DNA of 64,000 nucleotides from Alphaproteobacteria bacterium. Lineage in GTDB: Bacteria > Pseudomonadota > Alphaproteobacteria > Bin95. The stretch is from the NCBI GenBank assembly GCA_965205265.1, contig CBDBGH010000003.1, positions 1,056,001-1,120,000 on the forward strand, read 5' to 3'. The translations under genes and the position numbers were made by a program. The notes below the pieces were generated by a model. That model made no database searches, had not been told where the DNA came from, and worked only from the letters and a program-made list of their open reading frames with translations. This document shows, piece by piece, positions 36,920-48,665 of this stretch. Within the stretch, counting starts at the first letter, position 1, and every line of letters starts with the position of its first letter.

Positions 36920-37591
36920 CTACGAGACGATGGGCAATGTCACCGCGTCGTAGTCCAGGGTGAGCGCGCGCCCTGTCCCGTCGTCTGCGAGGCGGGCGCT
37001 GAAGCTCTTGCCGGGCCTTACGCCGCCAAGCGCCGGGATCGTGCCGAGGAACATGGCGAATTCCGGCGGCACCGCCTTGTAGCCGTGGAAATAGTCCGCG
37101 ATCAGCTCCACCGGCTCGCGCACGGCCGCCATGCTTCCCCGCTGATAGGGCCCGCCGTCCATGTCGCTCTCCAGCCTGAGCGCGTCCCAGCGCGGCGCCA
37201 CATCGTCATAGCGCCAGACATCGCGGCCGAGCGGCTTCGGGCACATCTGCTTGGAGACGGCCACCGATTGCGCCTCGAACGTGCGGTCGGTGTGGTCCGA
37301 GCCGACGGCCACCAGCATGCCGTGCTCGGCCGAGCCGATCAGCACGGCCTCCGCCTCGCCGGAGCTGCCTTCGCCCAGCACCTGGATGCGCCCGGCCTGG
37401 GTCGCGAGCGAGGCGCCGACGCGGTAGTAGAGCGGCGTCCCGGACGGCGGCGCCACGCTGATCTCCTTCAACTCCTCGATATGCTCCTCGACCGCCGCTT
37501 TATCGCGGCCCGACCAGCCGGCGATGACGATGACGGAGACCGGAACCTCGATTTCCGCAACGCCCGCCGCGTCGTGCAGCCGGAATTGCAT
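36920..37591 (-). CDS. DUF2848 family protein
   Basis: IAGWSGRD...EHIEEL, SSGEAE, VGSDHTDR, SKQMCPKP. Confidence 0.85.
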   Translation of the reverse strand: MQFRLHDAAGVAEIEVPVSVIVIAGWSGRDKAAVEEHIEELKEISVAPPSGTPLYYRVGASLATQAGRIQVLGEGSSGEAEAVLIGSAEHGMLVAVGSDHTDRTFEAQSVAVSKQMCPKPLGRDVWRYDDVAPRWDALRLESDMDGGPYQRGSMAAVREPVELIADYFHGYKAVPPEFAMFLGTIPALGGVRPGKSFSARLADDGTGRALTLDYDAVTLPIVS

Positions 37592-37604
37592 CGCTCTTTC
37601 CTCC

Positions 37605-38963
37605 TCAGGCCGTCCGCCGCCAGGCGGTGCCGTCCGGCCCGTCCTCAAGCGCGATGCCGCGCGCGGCCAGATCGTCCCGGATCGCGTCGGCGCGCGCGAA
37701 GTCCCGCGAGCGCCTTGCCGTCACGCGCGCCGCCACCAGCGCCTCGATCTCTTCCGCGTCGTCGCCTGCGCCATGAAGCCATGCCGTCGGGTCCTCGCGG
37801 AGCAGGCCGAGCAACTCGCCTGCGCCCAGCAGCGCGCCCGCAAGCGCCGCCTTCTCCCCGGCGTCCTCGGACCGGTTGAGCGCCGTTGCGGTCTCGTGCA
37901 TGGCGGCGATGGCGGCCGGCGTGTTGAGGTCGTCGAGCAGCGCCTCCAGCACGGCCGGCGCGGGCTCGCCCGGCTCGGCCTCTCCTGCGTCCCTGAGCGC
38001 CCGGTAAAGCCTGTCGAGGCCGGCCTTCGCCTCCGCCAGCGTGTCGGGGCCGAAATCGAGCGGCGCGCGGTAATGCGCCTGCAGCAGCGCCAGGCGCACC
38101 GCTTCGCCCGGCGTGTCGGCCAGCAGTTCGCGCACGGTCAGCACATTGCCGAGCGACTTCGACATCTTGTCGCCCTTCACGACCAGATAGCCGTTATGCA
38201 TCCAGTAGCGCACGAAGGGGGGCCCGTGGGCGCAGACGCTCTGGGCCAACTCGTTTTCATGGTGCGGGAAGATCAAGTCGGCCCCGCCGCCGTGAATGTC
38301 GAAGGCGTCGCCCAGATAGGCGCGCGACATGGCCGAGCACTCGATATGCCAGCCGGGCCGGCCCCGGCCCCAGGGGCTCGGCCAGCCGGGCAGGTCGTCC
38401 GCGCTCGGCTTCCAGAGCACGAAGTCCGCCGGATCGCGCTTGTAGGGCGCCACATCGACCCGCGCGCCCGCGATCAACTCCTCGCGGGAGTGGCGCGATA
38501 GCCGCCCGTAATCCGGCATGGAAGGCACATGGAACAGCACATGCCCGTCCGCCTCATAGGCGTGATCGTCGGCAATCAGCCTTTCGATCATCTCGATCAT
38601 TTCGCCGATATGCCCGGTGGCGCGCGGCTCGACATCGGGCGCCAGCGCGCCGAGCGCCGCCATGTCGGCGTGGAAGGCCTCCGTCGTCCGCGCCGCGATG
38701 CGGTCGATGGGCTCGCCCGTTTCCTTCGCGCGGGCGTTTATCTTGTCGTCCACATCCGTGATGTTGCGCACATAGGTCACGCGCGGATAAAGCCGCTTCA
38801 GCAGGCGGTAGAGCACGTCGAACACGACCACGGGGCGCGCATTGCCGATATGCGCGAGGTCATAGACCGTCGGCCCGCACACATAGAGGCGCACATGCTC
38901 GGGATCGAGCGGCTCAAAGGGCTCCTTGGCGCGCGCCAGCGTGTTGTGGACGGTGAGGGTCAC
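37605..38963 (-). CDS. cysS: Cysteine--tRNA ligase
   Basis: YVCGPTVY, HIGN, GRPGWHIECSAM, KMSKS. Confidence 0.98.
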   Translation of the reverse strand: MTLTVHNTLARAKEPFEPLDPEHVRLYVCGPTVYDLAHIGNARPVVVFDVLYRLLKRLYPRVTYVRNITDVDDKINARAKETGEPIDRIAARTTEAFHADMAALGALAPDVEPRATGHIGEMIEMIERLIADDHAYEADGHVLFHVPSMPDYGRLSRHSREELIAGARVDVAPYKRDPADFVLWKPSADDLPGWPSPWGRGRPGWHIECSAMSRAYLGDAFDIHGGGADLIFPHHENELAQSVCAHGPPFVRYWMHNGYLVVKGDKMSKSLGNVLTVRELLADTPGEAVRLALLQAHYRAPLDFGPDTLAEAKAGLDRLYRALRDAGEAEPGEPAPAVLEALLDDLNTPAAIAAMHETATALNRSEDAGEKAALAGALLGAGELLGLLREDPTAWLHGAGDDAEEIEALVAARVTARRSRDFARADAIRDDLAARGIALEDGPDGTAWRRTA

Positions 38964-39083
38964 GGCTTCGTCTCCGGCTCCGTTCGGTCGTTTGTCGTCG
39001 GCAGGCGGATATAGGGCAAGCGAGGGCCTGCGTATATGTCCTTGCCGGATGCGGCCGCGGCGCCGCTGGCCGCCGGACTGCGC

Positions 39084-39671
39084 CTACAGGGTGAGTCCCG
39101 GCGGATCCGGCGCGCCCAGCTCCGCACGCACGCGGGACGCGGTCTCCACGTCCCGCGCCCACTCGTAAAACACGCCCTTGACGGTGGTGAGCACGGTCCC
39201 GGTGCCGGCGAGGCGCCTGAGGCCGTGTTCGTGGTTCGGCGGCGGAGAGCCGCAGGCGTCCGCCACCACGGCAGCCCGGTAGCCCGCCGCGCGCAGCCCG
39301 AGCGCCGATTGCGCCACGCAGACATCCGTCTCCAGTCCCGCCAGCACGAAGCAGTCCCGCCCCAGGGCTTCCAGCGCGGCGCGGATATCCGCCTGGCCCC
39401 AGAGGCCGAAGACCCGCTTGTCGAACACCGGCGGCGCTCCGGCGGGCAGGCAGCGGGCGAGCGCCGGCACAAGCGGGCCGAGGCGCCTCGTGTCCTCGGC
39501 GGTGGCGACGACCGGAATGTCGAGCGCGCCCGCCGCCCGCATCAGCCACGCAATCCGCCCGACCAGCGGGCCGCGCCAGCCGAGCGGCAGCTTGTCCAGG
39601 AAATGTTGCTGCACGTCGATGACGAGAAGGCAGGAGCGGCCCCGCTCGATCGGGCCAAGGTCCGGGTCCAT
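39084..39671 (-). CDS. Isochorismatase family cysteine hydrolase
   Basis: LLVIDVQ, FDKRVF, AGLETDVCVAQS, VADACGS. Confidence 0.88.
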   Translation of the reverse strand: MDPDLGPIERGRSCLLVIDVQQHFLDKLPLGWRGPLVGRIAWLMRAAGALDIPVVATAEDTRRLGPLVPALARCLPAGAPPVFDKRVFGLWGQADIRAALEALGRDCFVLAGLETDVCVAQSALGLRAAGYRAAVVADACGSPPPNHEHGLRRLAGTGTVLTTVKGVFYEWARDVETASRVRAELGAPDPPGLTL

Positions 39672-39704
39672 CACGCCTGCGCCTCCTTTCGCGGGGCTTT
39701 GGCT

Positions 39705-40393
39705 TTATGCCGCCGCAATCTCCTCCTGGAAGCGGAGCGCGGCGGCGCGGGGTTCGGGCGCACGGAGGATTTCGCGGGCGACGACGAGGTAGTCCGCGCC
39801 GGCGGCGATGGCGGCGCGCGGGGTCGCGACCCGCTTCTGGTCATCGGCGGAAGAGCCGGGCAGGCGGATGCCGGGGGTGACGATCAGCATGTCGGGCCCC
39901 AGCGCCTCGCGGAGCATGGCGGCTTCCCGGCCCGAGGCGACCACGCCGTCCATGCCGGCTTCCTTCGCATGGCCTGCGCGCGCCAGCACAAGTTCCTCGA
40001 CCGTGCCGCGCCAGCCGAGTTCGCGGATGCTGGCTTCGTCCATGTCCGTGAGCACGGTGATGGCAAGCAGGCGCGTCCCGGAAGCGCCCCGGCCCCGGCG
40101 CGCGGCTTCCATGACCTGCCGGTCTCCATGCACCGTCAGCAGGTCCGCTCCGAGCGTTGCCGCTCCCCGCGCAGCGTTTTCGACCGTCTGCCCGATATCC
40201 CAGGCCTTGGCGTCGAGAAACAGCCGGCAGCCCTCCGCCGCGAGATCGCGCGCAAGCTCGATGCCGCCGATATAGAAGAGGCCGAGGCCGATCTTGTAGA
40301 AGCGCGCGGCATCGCCGATTCGCTCCACGACCCACCGGGCGCTGTCGCAGTCCGGCGTGTCGAGGCCGACGATCAGGCGGTCGCGCGGATCGG

Positions 40394-40397
<4 letters not shown>
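39705..40397 (-). CDS. pyrF: Orotidine-5'-phosphate decarboxylase
   Basis: LIVGLD, YKIG, LFLDAKAWDIGQTV, VTPGIR, DQKRVATP. Confidence 0.95.
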
Positions 40398-42397
<2,000 letters not shown>

Positions 42398-42485
42398 GAT
42401 GCAGGCATCTCTCGAAAGGGCCCCCGCTCGACGCCGCCACCATAGCCGCGCCGTCGCACGGGCGGAAGACGGCAGCGGGCGGCCG

Positions 42486-42514
42486 TTGCATCCCGTCAGG
42501 CGGGCGCGCATATT
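42486..42514 (+). promoter_or_regulatory. Putative sigma70 promoter giving a leaderless antitoxin mRNA
   Basis: TTGCAT, 17-bp spacer, CATATT, 7 bp, then ATG at 42522; no SD sequence. Confidence 0.45.
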
Positions 42515-42521
42515 CGGCGCC

Positions 42522-42767
42522 ATGAAGGAGATTGCCGCCAAGGAAGCGGGACTGGGTCCCATTCTCGACGCCGCCCGGAAGGCGCCCGTTCGCATCGCTG
42601 GCGAAGACGGGACGGTGTGCGTGGCGATGTCGCTCGAACGCTATGAGTGCCTTCGCGGAGCTGCCTGGGACCGGCTTGTCGCGACGATGGATGCAATGTC
42701 GGAAAGAGCCGCAGCCAATGGTTTGACCGAAGCGAAACTCGAAGCGCTTCTGGCCGATGACAGTTAG
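42522..42767 (+). CDS. Phd/YefM-like antitoxin
   Basis: MKEIAAKEA...LDAARKAPVRI...MSLERYECLR...GLTEAKLEALL; overlaps the PIN gene. Confidence 0.75.
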   Translation: MKEIAAKEAGLGPILDAARKAPVRIAGEDGTVCVAMSLERYECLRGAAWDRLVATMDAMSERAAANGLTEAKLEALLADDS

Positions 42768-43191
42768 GCGCGTCGTCGTCGATACAAATATTCTAATCAG
42801 TGCGGCGCTTCACACCGGAGGATTGCCGCGAACGGTTGTCGATATTTTGAAGGACTCCGATATTCGGCTCCTGTTTTGCGAGGAGACTTTGGAGGAGCAG
42901 AGCAGCCGTTTGCGACGGCCGAAATTCGCCCGTTATTGGGATGAAGGAGAACTCGAAGCCTATCTCGGCGAAGTCGAAGCCGCAGCGGAATGGGTCGCAA
43001 TTTCCGGAAAGCCCATGGGCTGTCGGGACCGGGACGACGACAAGTTTCTGGAAACGGCGATCGAGGGCGGTGCGGATTGCCTGGTTACCGGGGACCGGGA
43101 CTTGCTGGAGATGTCCCCCTTCATGGGCTTTCCAATCCTCTCACCCTCGGATTTCCTTGCACATTGGAATGAGGCCTGCCCGCAGGATTGA
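42757..43191 (+). CDS. PIN family toxin (PIN_3 / TIGR00305-like)
   Basis: VVVDTNILISA, CRDRDDDKFLETA, LVTGDRDLL. Confidence 0.92.
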   Translation: MTVRRVVVDTNILISAALHTGGLPRTVVDILKDSDIRLLFCEETLEEQSSRLRRPKFARYWDEGELEAYLGEVEAAAEWVAISGKPMGCRDRDDDKFLETAIEGGADCLVTGDRDLLEMSPFMGFPILSPSDFLAHWNEACPQD

Positions 43192-43228
43192 GACGGCCGG
43201 GAAGCCCGTCCTCGTGTAAACTGGCGGC

Positions 43229-45358
43229 ATGATCCGCACGCTCGGGCTTCTGGCAATTCTCACCGTCCTCTGGGGCTGGCCGTCCGGGCCGGCGGCGCAG
43301 GAGGCGCCGGCCGGCCCCGACGCGGCGGAGCTGGAAGCGCTGGCGGCCGAGCTTCGGGACGAAGGGAGGCGCGCCGACCTCATCAGGCGCATCGAGGCGC
43401 TGGCGGCCGCGCAGAGGGGGGCTGCGCCGGCGGAGGAGGAACCGGCGCGGGGACCGCTTGCCTCCGTCACGGACAGCATTGTGGCCTTTGGCGGGGATGT
43501 TGCCGGGTCGCTCTCTTTCGCGTTCGATCCGGGCGTGTTCCGGCAATGGCTGGAGCAGGGCTTCAGGGATCCCGCAAACGGCGCGCCCTTCTGGACCGTG
43601 CTCGGCCAGGCGTTGCTGGCGCTGCTTGCGGCGCTGGTCGTCGAGGTTGCGGTGCGGCGCCTCATGGCGGGCCTGCGCCGGGGGCCGGAGCGGCCCGAAG
43701 CCGGGACCGTCGGCGGGAGACTGCTCGCGGCGGCTGTCGGCCTGCTGCTCGGGACCGTGCCGCTCGCGGCGTTCGCGGTTGCCGGATTCGCCGCGCTTTC
43801 CGTCGCTGCGCTGCCGCAAACGGCGGCGGAATTGGTCCTCGCCGTAATCTATGCGAGCAGCGCGGCGCGGTTTGCGATGCTGGCGTTGCGCGTCGTTCTG
43901 GCACCGGAGACCGCCGGCGCGCGGCTTGCGCCGCTCGACGATGGCGCCGCCGCCGGCCTGCTTGCCTGGCTGCGGCGCCTGATTCTTGCACTCGCCTATG
44001 GTTGGCTGGTCTGCGAGGCCGCCCGCATTCTTGCATTGCCGCCGGCCCCCTACCGGCTTCTGGTCGATCTCGTCGGGGTTGCCGTTCTGGGGGTGGCGGT
44101 GGCGATGGTGCTCCGCAACCGCGAGGCGGTGCGGGGCCGCCTGCGCGGCGGCGGCGGACTCGGAGCCCGGCTCGCAGACATCTGGCATGTCATCGCCGTG
44201 GCCTATCTGGCTGCCGTCTTCCTCGTGTGGGCGGCCGCCGTCGAGGGCGGCTTCGCCTATATCGGGGAGGCGTCGGCCTGGACCGTCGCGGCCCTCGCCG
44301 CCGGACGGCTGGCGGACCTCGGCGTCCTGCGGCTCATCGATGCGGCGGCGCGATGGGAACTCCGGGCCGACAGCCGCCTGCCGGGGGTGAAGGCGCGCGC
44401 CGACCGGTACATGCCCGTGCTGCGCAAATGCCTCAGAGCGGCGGTCTGGGCGATTGCCGGAGTCGCCGCGCTGGAGGCATGGCGCGCGCCGGTGCTGGAC
44501 CTGCTGGCATCGCCCGTAGGCGAGCGCGTCATCGGGGCGCTGGTCCGGATCGCGCTGGTCTTCGGCCTCTTCCTGGTGCTGTGGGAGGCGATCTGCCTTG
44601 CCATAGAGCGCTATCTGGACGCCCGCGACGAGGACGGCAATCCGGTCGAGCGCGGCGGCCGGGCGCGGACGCTGCTGCCGCTGCTGCGCCGGGCGAGCGC
44701 CATCCTGCTGCTGACGGTCGGCGTGCTGACGGCCGCCTCCGAGCTCGGCATCGACATTGCGCCGTTGCTCGCTGGCGTCGGCATTGCCGGCCTCGCCATA
44801 GGCTTCGGAGCGCAGACGCTGGTGAAGGATGTCATCACCGGTCTGTTCATCCTCATGGAAGACCAGGTGGCGGTGGGCGAGTATGTGTCGGTGGCCGGCC
44901 ATTCCGGAATCGTCGAAGGGCTTTCGATTCGCACGATCCGGCTGCGCGACCTTTCCGGCACCGTCCATGTCGTGCCGTTCGGAGAGGTCGGCACGGTCGA
45001 AAACCTGACCCGCGACTACTCCTATGCGGTAATCGATGCGGGCGTCGGCTACGGCGAGGACACCGACCGGGTGAGCGATGTGCTGCGCGAGGTCGCGGCA
45101 AGCATGGAAAGCGACGAGGACTGGCGGGACCGCATCATCCCGCCGTTCCAGGTGTTCGGCGTCCAGGAGCTCGGCGACTCGGCCGTTGTCGTCCGCTGCC
45201 GCTTCAAGACGCCGCCCATGCAGCAATGGGCGGTTGCGCGCGAGTTCCGCCGCCGGATGAAGAAGCGCTTCGACGAGCTCGGGATCGAGATCCCGTTCCC
45301 GCACCGCACGGTCTATTTCGGCGGCGGCAAGCCTCCGGAGTCCCTGCCGGAGAGTTGA
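43229..45358 (+). CDS. Mechanosensitive channel, MscS family (YbiO-like)
   Basis: Signal peptide, many TM helices, LAIGFGAQTLVKDVITG, FDELGIEIPFPHR. Confidence 0.92.
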   Translation: MIRTLGLLAILTVLWGWPSGPAAQEAPAGPDAAELEALAAELRDEGRRADLIRRIEALAAAQRGAAPAEEEPARGPLASVTDSIVAFGGDVAGSLSFAFDPGVFRQWLEQGFRDPANGAPFWTVLGQALLALLAALVVEVAVRRLMAGLRRGPERPEAGTVGGRLLAAAVGLLLGTVPLAAFAVAGFAALSVAALPQTAAELVLAVIYASSAARFAMLALRVVLAPETAGARLAPLDDGAAAGLLAWLRRLILALAYGWLVCEAARILALPPAPYRLLVDLVGVAVLGVAVAMVLRNREAVRGRLRGGGGLGARLADIWHVIAVAYLAAVFLVWAAAVEGGFAYIGEASAWTVAALAAGRLADLGVLRLIDAAARWELRADSRLPGVKARADRYMPVLRKCLRAAVWAIAGVAALEAWRAPVLDLLASPVGERVIGALVRIALVFGLFLVLWEAICLAIERYLDARDEDGNPVERGGRARTLLPLLRRASAILLLTVGVLTAASELGIDIAPLLAGVGIAGLAIGFGAQTLVKDVITGLFILMEDQVAVGEYVSVAGHSGIVEGLSIRTIRLRDLSGTVHVVPFGEVGTVENLTRDYSYAVIDAGVGYGEDTDRVSDVLREVAASMESDEDWRDRIIPPFQVFGVQELGDSAVVVRCRFKTPPMQQWAVAREFRRRMKKRFDELGIEIPFPHRTVYFGGGKPPESLPES

Positions 45359-45861
45359 TCCCGGAGGAACGCCAGGATTTCCGGCGCGTCCCATTCCGCC
45401 GGACCTTCGAGACGGCCGATCTCGCGGCCCTGCGTGTCGATCAGCACGGTCGTCGGCAGGATGCGCACATTCATCGCGCTTCCGATCGTGTTGCGCGGGT
45501 CGAGATAGCGCTTCAGCCGTGCAATGCCGTGCTGCTCGAAGAACGGGTCCACGCGCTCGGCGCCGCCCCGGTCTATCGAAAGCGCCACAACCTCCAGCTT
45601 CTCGCCGCCGAGCTCGCCCTGCAGCCGGTCGAGAGACGGCATTTCGCGCCGGCAGGGCGCACACCAGGTGGCCCAGAAATTCAGGACGACCAGCTTGCCG
45701 CCGAACCGGGCGAGCGTTATTTCGCCGCCGTCGGGCCCGGTGAAGGCGGCGTCCGGCGCGGGTGCCGGCGGGTCCGTCTTCCGGTAGTTTTGCAGCCAGC
45801 CTTCCGCCGCCGCGGCGGTTCCGGCGGCGATACAGAAGAGCAGCAGAAGCGAGCGCAGCAT
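45313..45861 (-). CDS. tlpA: TlpA family thiol:disulfide oxidoreductase
   Basis: Signal peptide, [29 protein letters not shown]; divergent from argH. Confidence 0.9.
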   Translation of the reverse strand: MLRSLLLLFCIAAGTAAAAEGWLQNYRKTDPPAPAPDAAFTGPDGGEITLARFGGKLVVLNFWATWCAPCRREMPSLDRLQGELGGEKLEVVALSIDRGGAERVDPFFEQHGIARLKRYLDPRNTIGSAMNVRILPTTVLIDTQGREIGRLEGPAEWDAPEILAFLRDQLSGRDSGGLPPPK

Positions 45862-47266
45862 GGCACCTTCCCGCAGTTCCGGCCCGCCCGCCAACGCCAT
45901 GTGGGGCGGGCGCTTCGCCGGCGGGCCGTCGGAGATCATGGCCGCGATCAACGCCTCCATCGGCTTCGACCGGCGCCTCTACGCCCAGGATATCCGCGGC
46001 TCGCATGCCCATCTGGACATGCTCGAAGCCGCCGGCATCGTGAGCGCGCCCGACGCCGCAGCGATCCGCGGGGGCCTCGACCGGGTCGAACAGGAGATAG
46101 CGGCGGGCCGCTTTGTCTTCAAGCCGGAGCTTGAGGACATCCACATGAACATCGAGGCCCGGCTGGCGGAGCTGGTCGGACCTGCCGCCGGCCGCCTGCA
46201 TACGGCGCGCTCGCGCAACGACCAGGTGGCGACCGATTTCCGGCTCTGGGTGCGGGACGAGATCGATGCGGTGGACGCGGCGCTCGCCGACGCCCAGGCC
46301 GCGTTCATCGAGAAGGCCGAGGCCTGGCCGGACCTGCCCATGCCGGGCTTCACGCATCTGCAGAACGGCCAGCCGGTCGCCTTCGGCCACCATATGCTCG
46401 CCTATGCGGAGATGCTGGGCCGCGACCGGGGGCGCTTCGCCGACGCCCGGCGCCGCCTGAACGAGTCGCCGCTGGGCGCGGCGGCGCTGGCCGGCACGCC
46501 CTTTCCCATTGACCGGGAGATGACGGCCGCCGCGCTTGGCTTCGACCGGCCGGCAGCCAATTCGATGGACGCGGTTTCGGACCGCGATTTCGCGCTGGAA
46601 TTCCTGGCGGCGGGCGCGATTACGGCGCTGCACCTGTCCCGGTTCGCGGAAGAGGTCGTGCTGTGGACGAGCGCGCAGTTCCGCTTCGTCAGCCTCTCGG
46701 ACGCCTTCACGACGGGCAGCTCGATCATGCCGCAGAAGCGCAACCCGGACGCAGCGGAGCTGGTGCGGGCCAAGCCGGGCCGGCTGCTCGGGGCCTTCAC
46801 GGCGCTTGCCACCGTGCTCAAGGGCCTGCCGCTCACCTATGGCAAGGACATGCAGGAGGACAAGGAGCCGACCTTCGAGGCGGCCGACTCGCTGATGCTG
46901 GCCATCGCGGCGGCCGCCGGCATGGTGCGCGACATGGAACCGGACGCCGGGCGGCTGCGGGCCGCGGCCGAGGCCGGCCACCCTACCGCCACCGACCTTG
47001 CCGACTGGCTGGTGCGCCGGCTCGGCATGCCCTTCCGGGAGGCGCACCGCGCGACGGGGGAGCTTGTTGCCGAGGCCGACCGGCGCGGGCTGCCGCTGCC
47101 GCAATTGCCGCTCGACGCCATGCAGGCAGTTGAAGCCGGCATCGACGAAAGCGTGTACGATGTCCTTTCCATAGAGCGGTCGATTGCAGCGCGGACCAGC
47201 TATGGCGGCACCGCGCCGGAGAATGTCCGCCGCGCCGCAGCGGCCGCGCGGGAGCGTTTCCTGTGA
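45860..47266 (+). CDS. argH: Argininosuccinate lyase
   Basis: [35 protein letters not shown]. Confidence 0.97.
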   Translation: MAPSRSSGPPANAMWGGRFAGGPSEIMAAINASIGFDRRLYAQDIRGSHAHLDMLEAAGIVSAPDAAAIRGGLDRVEQEIAAGRFVFKPELEDIHMNIEARLAELVGPAAGRLHTARSRNDQVATDFRLWVRDEIDAVDAALADAQAAFIEKAEAWPDLPMPGFTHLQNGQPVAFGHHMLAYAEMLGRDRGRFADARRRLNESPLGAAALAGTPFPIDREMTAAALGFDRPAANSMDAVSDRDFALEFLAAGAITALHLSRFAEEVVLWTSAQFRFVSLSDAFTTGSSIMPQKRNPDAAELVRAKPGRLLGAFTALATVLKGLPLTYGKDMQEDKEPTFEAADSLMLAIAAAAGMVRDMEPDAGRLRAAAEAGHPTATDLADWLVRRLGMPFREAHRATGELVAEADRRGLPLPQLPLDAMQAVEAGIDESVYDVLSIERSIAARTSYGGTAPENVRRAAAAARERFL

Positions 47267-47394
47267 AAACCTTGCGCTGGATCCTGTTGTTCGCTGCGCT
47301 CTCCGCCGCGCTTTCGGCCTGCGGTCGCAAGAGCGATCTCGAACACCCGCCGGACTCGGAGGCGACGTTCCCGAGGACCTATCCCACCGGATGA
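47263..47394 (+). CDS. Small lipoprotein, LptM/YifL-like (43 aa; not in the ORF track)
   Basis: GTG-started [30 protein letters not shown]..., lipobox LSAC then GxKxxL; overlaps the argH stop and the lysA start. Confidence 0.85.
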   Translation: MKTLRWILLFAALSAALSACGRKSDLEHPPDSEATFPRTYPTG

Positions 47395-48665
47395 GGCCCT
47401 TCGACTATATCGGCGGCAGCCTGGCGGCAGGGCCCGTCCGGCTGGCGGACGTGGCGGCCGAGGTCGGCACGCCCGTCTATGTCTATTCCGCCGACGCCAT
47501 CGAGGCCGCCTATCGCGAGTTCGAGGCGGCGCTGGCCCCGGCGCGCATCTGCTACGCGATGAAGGCGAACGGCAACCTCGCGGTGCTGCGCCTGCTGGCC
47601 GGCCTCGGAGCGGGTGCGGATGTCGTGTCGGAGGGCGAGCTCAGGCGCGCGCTTGCAGCGGGCATTGCGCCGGAGAAGGTCGTCTTCTCGGGCGTCGGCA
47701 AGACCGACGCGGAAATGGAGGCCGCGCTCCGGAGCGGCATCCTCCAGATCAATTGCGAGAGCGCATCGGAAGTCCGCAGCCTGTCGCGCATCGCAGCGCG
47801 CCTCGGCCTGACGGCGTCCGTCGCGCTCCGGATCAACCCCGATGTCGATGCCGGTACGCTCGACCAGATCAGCACGGGCCGCAAGACCGACAAGTTCGGC
47901 GTCGCCTGGACCGAGGCGCCGGCCCTCTTCCGCGAGGCTGCCGGGCTTCCCGGCCTGTCGATGGAAGGGATTGCGGTGCATATCGGCTCGCAGCTGGGCG
48001 AGCTGGAGCCTTACCGCCGCGCCTTTGGCCGCGTCGCCGAGCTCGCGCGCATGCTGGCGGCCGACGGCATCGCCATCCGGCGTCTCGATCTCGGCGGCGG
48101 GTTCGGCATTCGCTATCGCGACGAGACGCCCCTGCCGCTCGCCGGCTATGCAAGGGTCGTCGAAGAGGAAGTCGGCGGCCTCGGTTGCGAATTGGTGGTG
48201 GAGCCGGGCCGGCGGCTGGTGGGGCCGGCCGGCGTACTGCTGGCGCGGGTGGTCGCCGTCAAGGAGACACCGGCGCGCCGATTCGTTATTGTCGATGCCG
48301 GCATGAACGATCTGGTCCGTCCGATGATGTACGGGGCCTGGCACGATATCCTGCCTCTCGCGGCTCCGCCCGAAGGAGCCGAATACCGGCCGGCGGATGT
48401 GGTGGGCCCGGTTTGCGAGACGACGGACAAATTCGCCGACGAACGCCTGCTGCCGCCGCTGGAGGCGGGGGACCTCGTCGCCTTCTGCGAGGCCGGAGCC
48501 TATGGCGCCGTAATGGCTTCGACCTATAACGGGCGCCCGCTCGTGCCGGAAGTGCTGGTGCGGGGCGGCCGGTTCGATGTGGTGCGCGCCCGCCCGACCT
48601 TCGAGGAAGACCTGGCGCTGGAGCGTCTGCCGGACTGGCTCTGCGCCCCGGACGGGGGCGGATGA
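47391..48665 (+). CDS. lysA: Diaminopimelate decarboxylase
   Basis: CYAMKAN, HIGSQ, DLGGG, EPGR, GPVCE, AGAYG. Confidence 0.96.
   Translation: MRPFDYIGGSLAAGPVRLADVAAEVGTPVYVYSADAIEAAYREFEAALAPARICYAMKANGNLAVLRLLAGLGAGADVVSEGELRRALAAGIAPEKVVFSGVGKTDAEMEAALRSGILQINCESASEVRSLSRIAARLGLTASVALRINPDVDAGTLDQISTGRKTDKFGVAWTEAPALFREAAGLPGLSMEGIAVHIGSQLGELEPYRRAFGRVAELARMLAADGIAIRRLDLGGGFGIRYRDETPLPLAGYARVVEEEVGGLGCELVVEPGRRLVGPAGVLLARVVAVKETPARRFVIVDAGMNDLVRPMMYGAWHDILPLAAPPEGAEYRPADVVGPVCETTDKFADERLLPPLEAGDLVAFCEAGAYGAVMASTYNGRPLVPEVLVRGGRFDVVRARPTFEEDLALERLPDWLCAPDGGG

Noticed and set aside
38964-39083. Possible Cys-rich leader peptide or attenuator upstream of cysS
   Set aside because: No suitable start codon with Cys codons and no convincing terminator on the minus strand.
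43121-47104. 1327-aa minus-strand ORF, and similar long ORFs at 9710-11986 (+), 26635-29502 (+), 34592-36736 (-), 40157-42445 (+) and 61883-63769 (+)
   Set aside because: Antisense shadows of well-supported genes; rich in Arg/Ala/His with no motifs, as expected from stop-codon scarcity at high GC.
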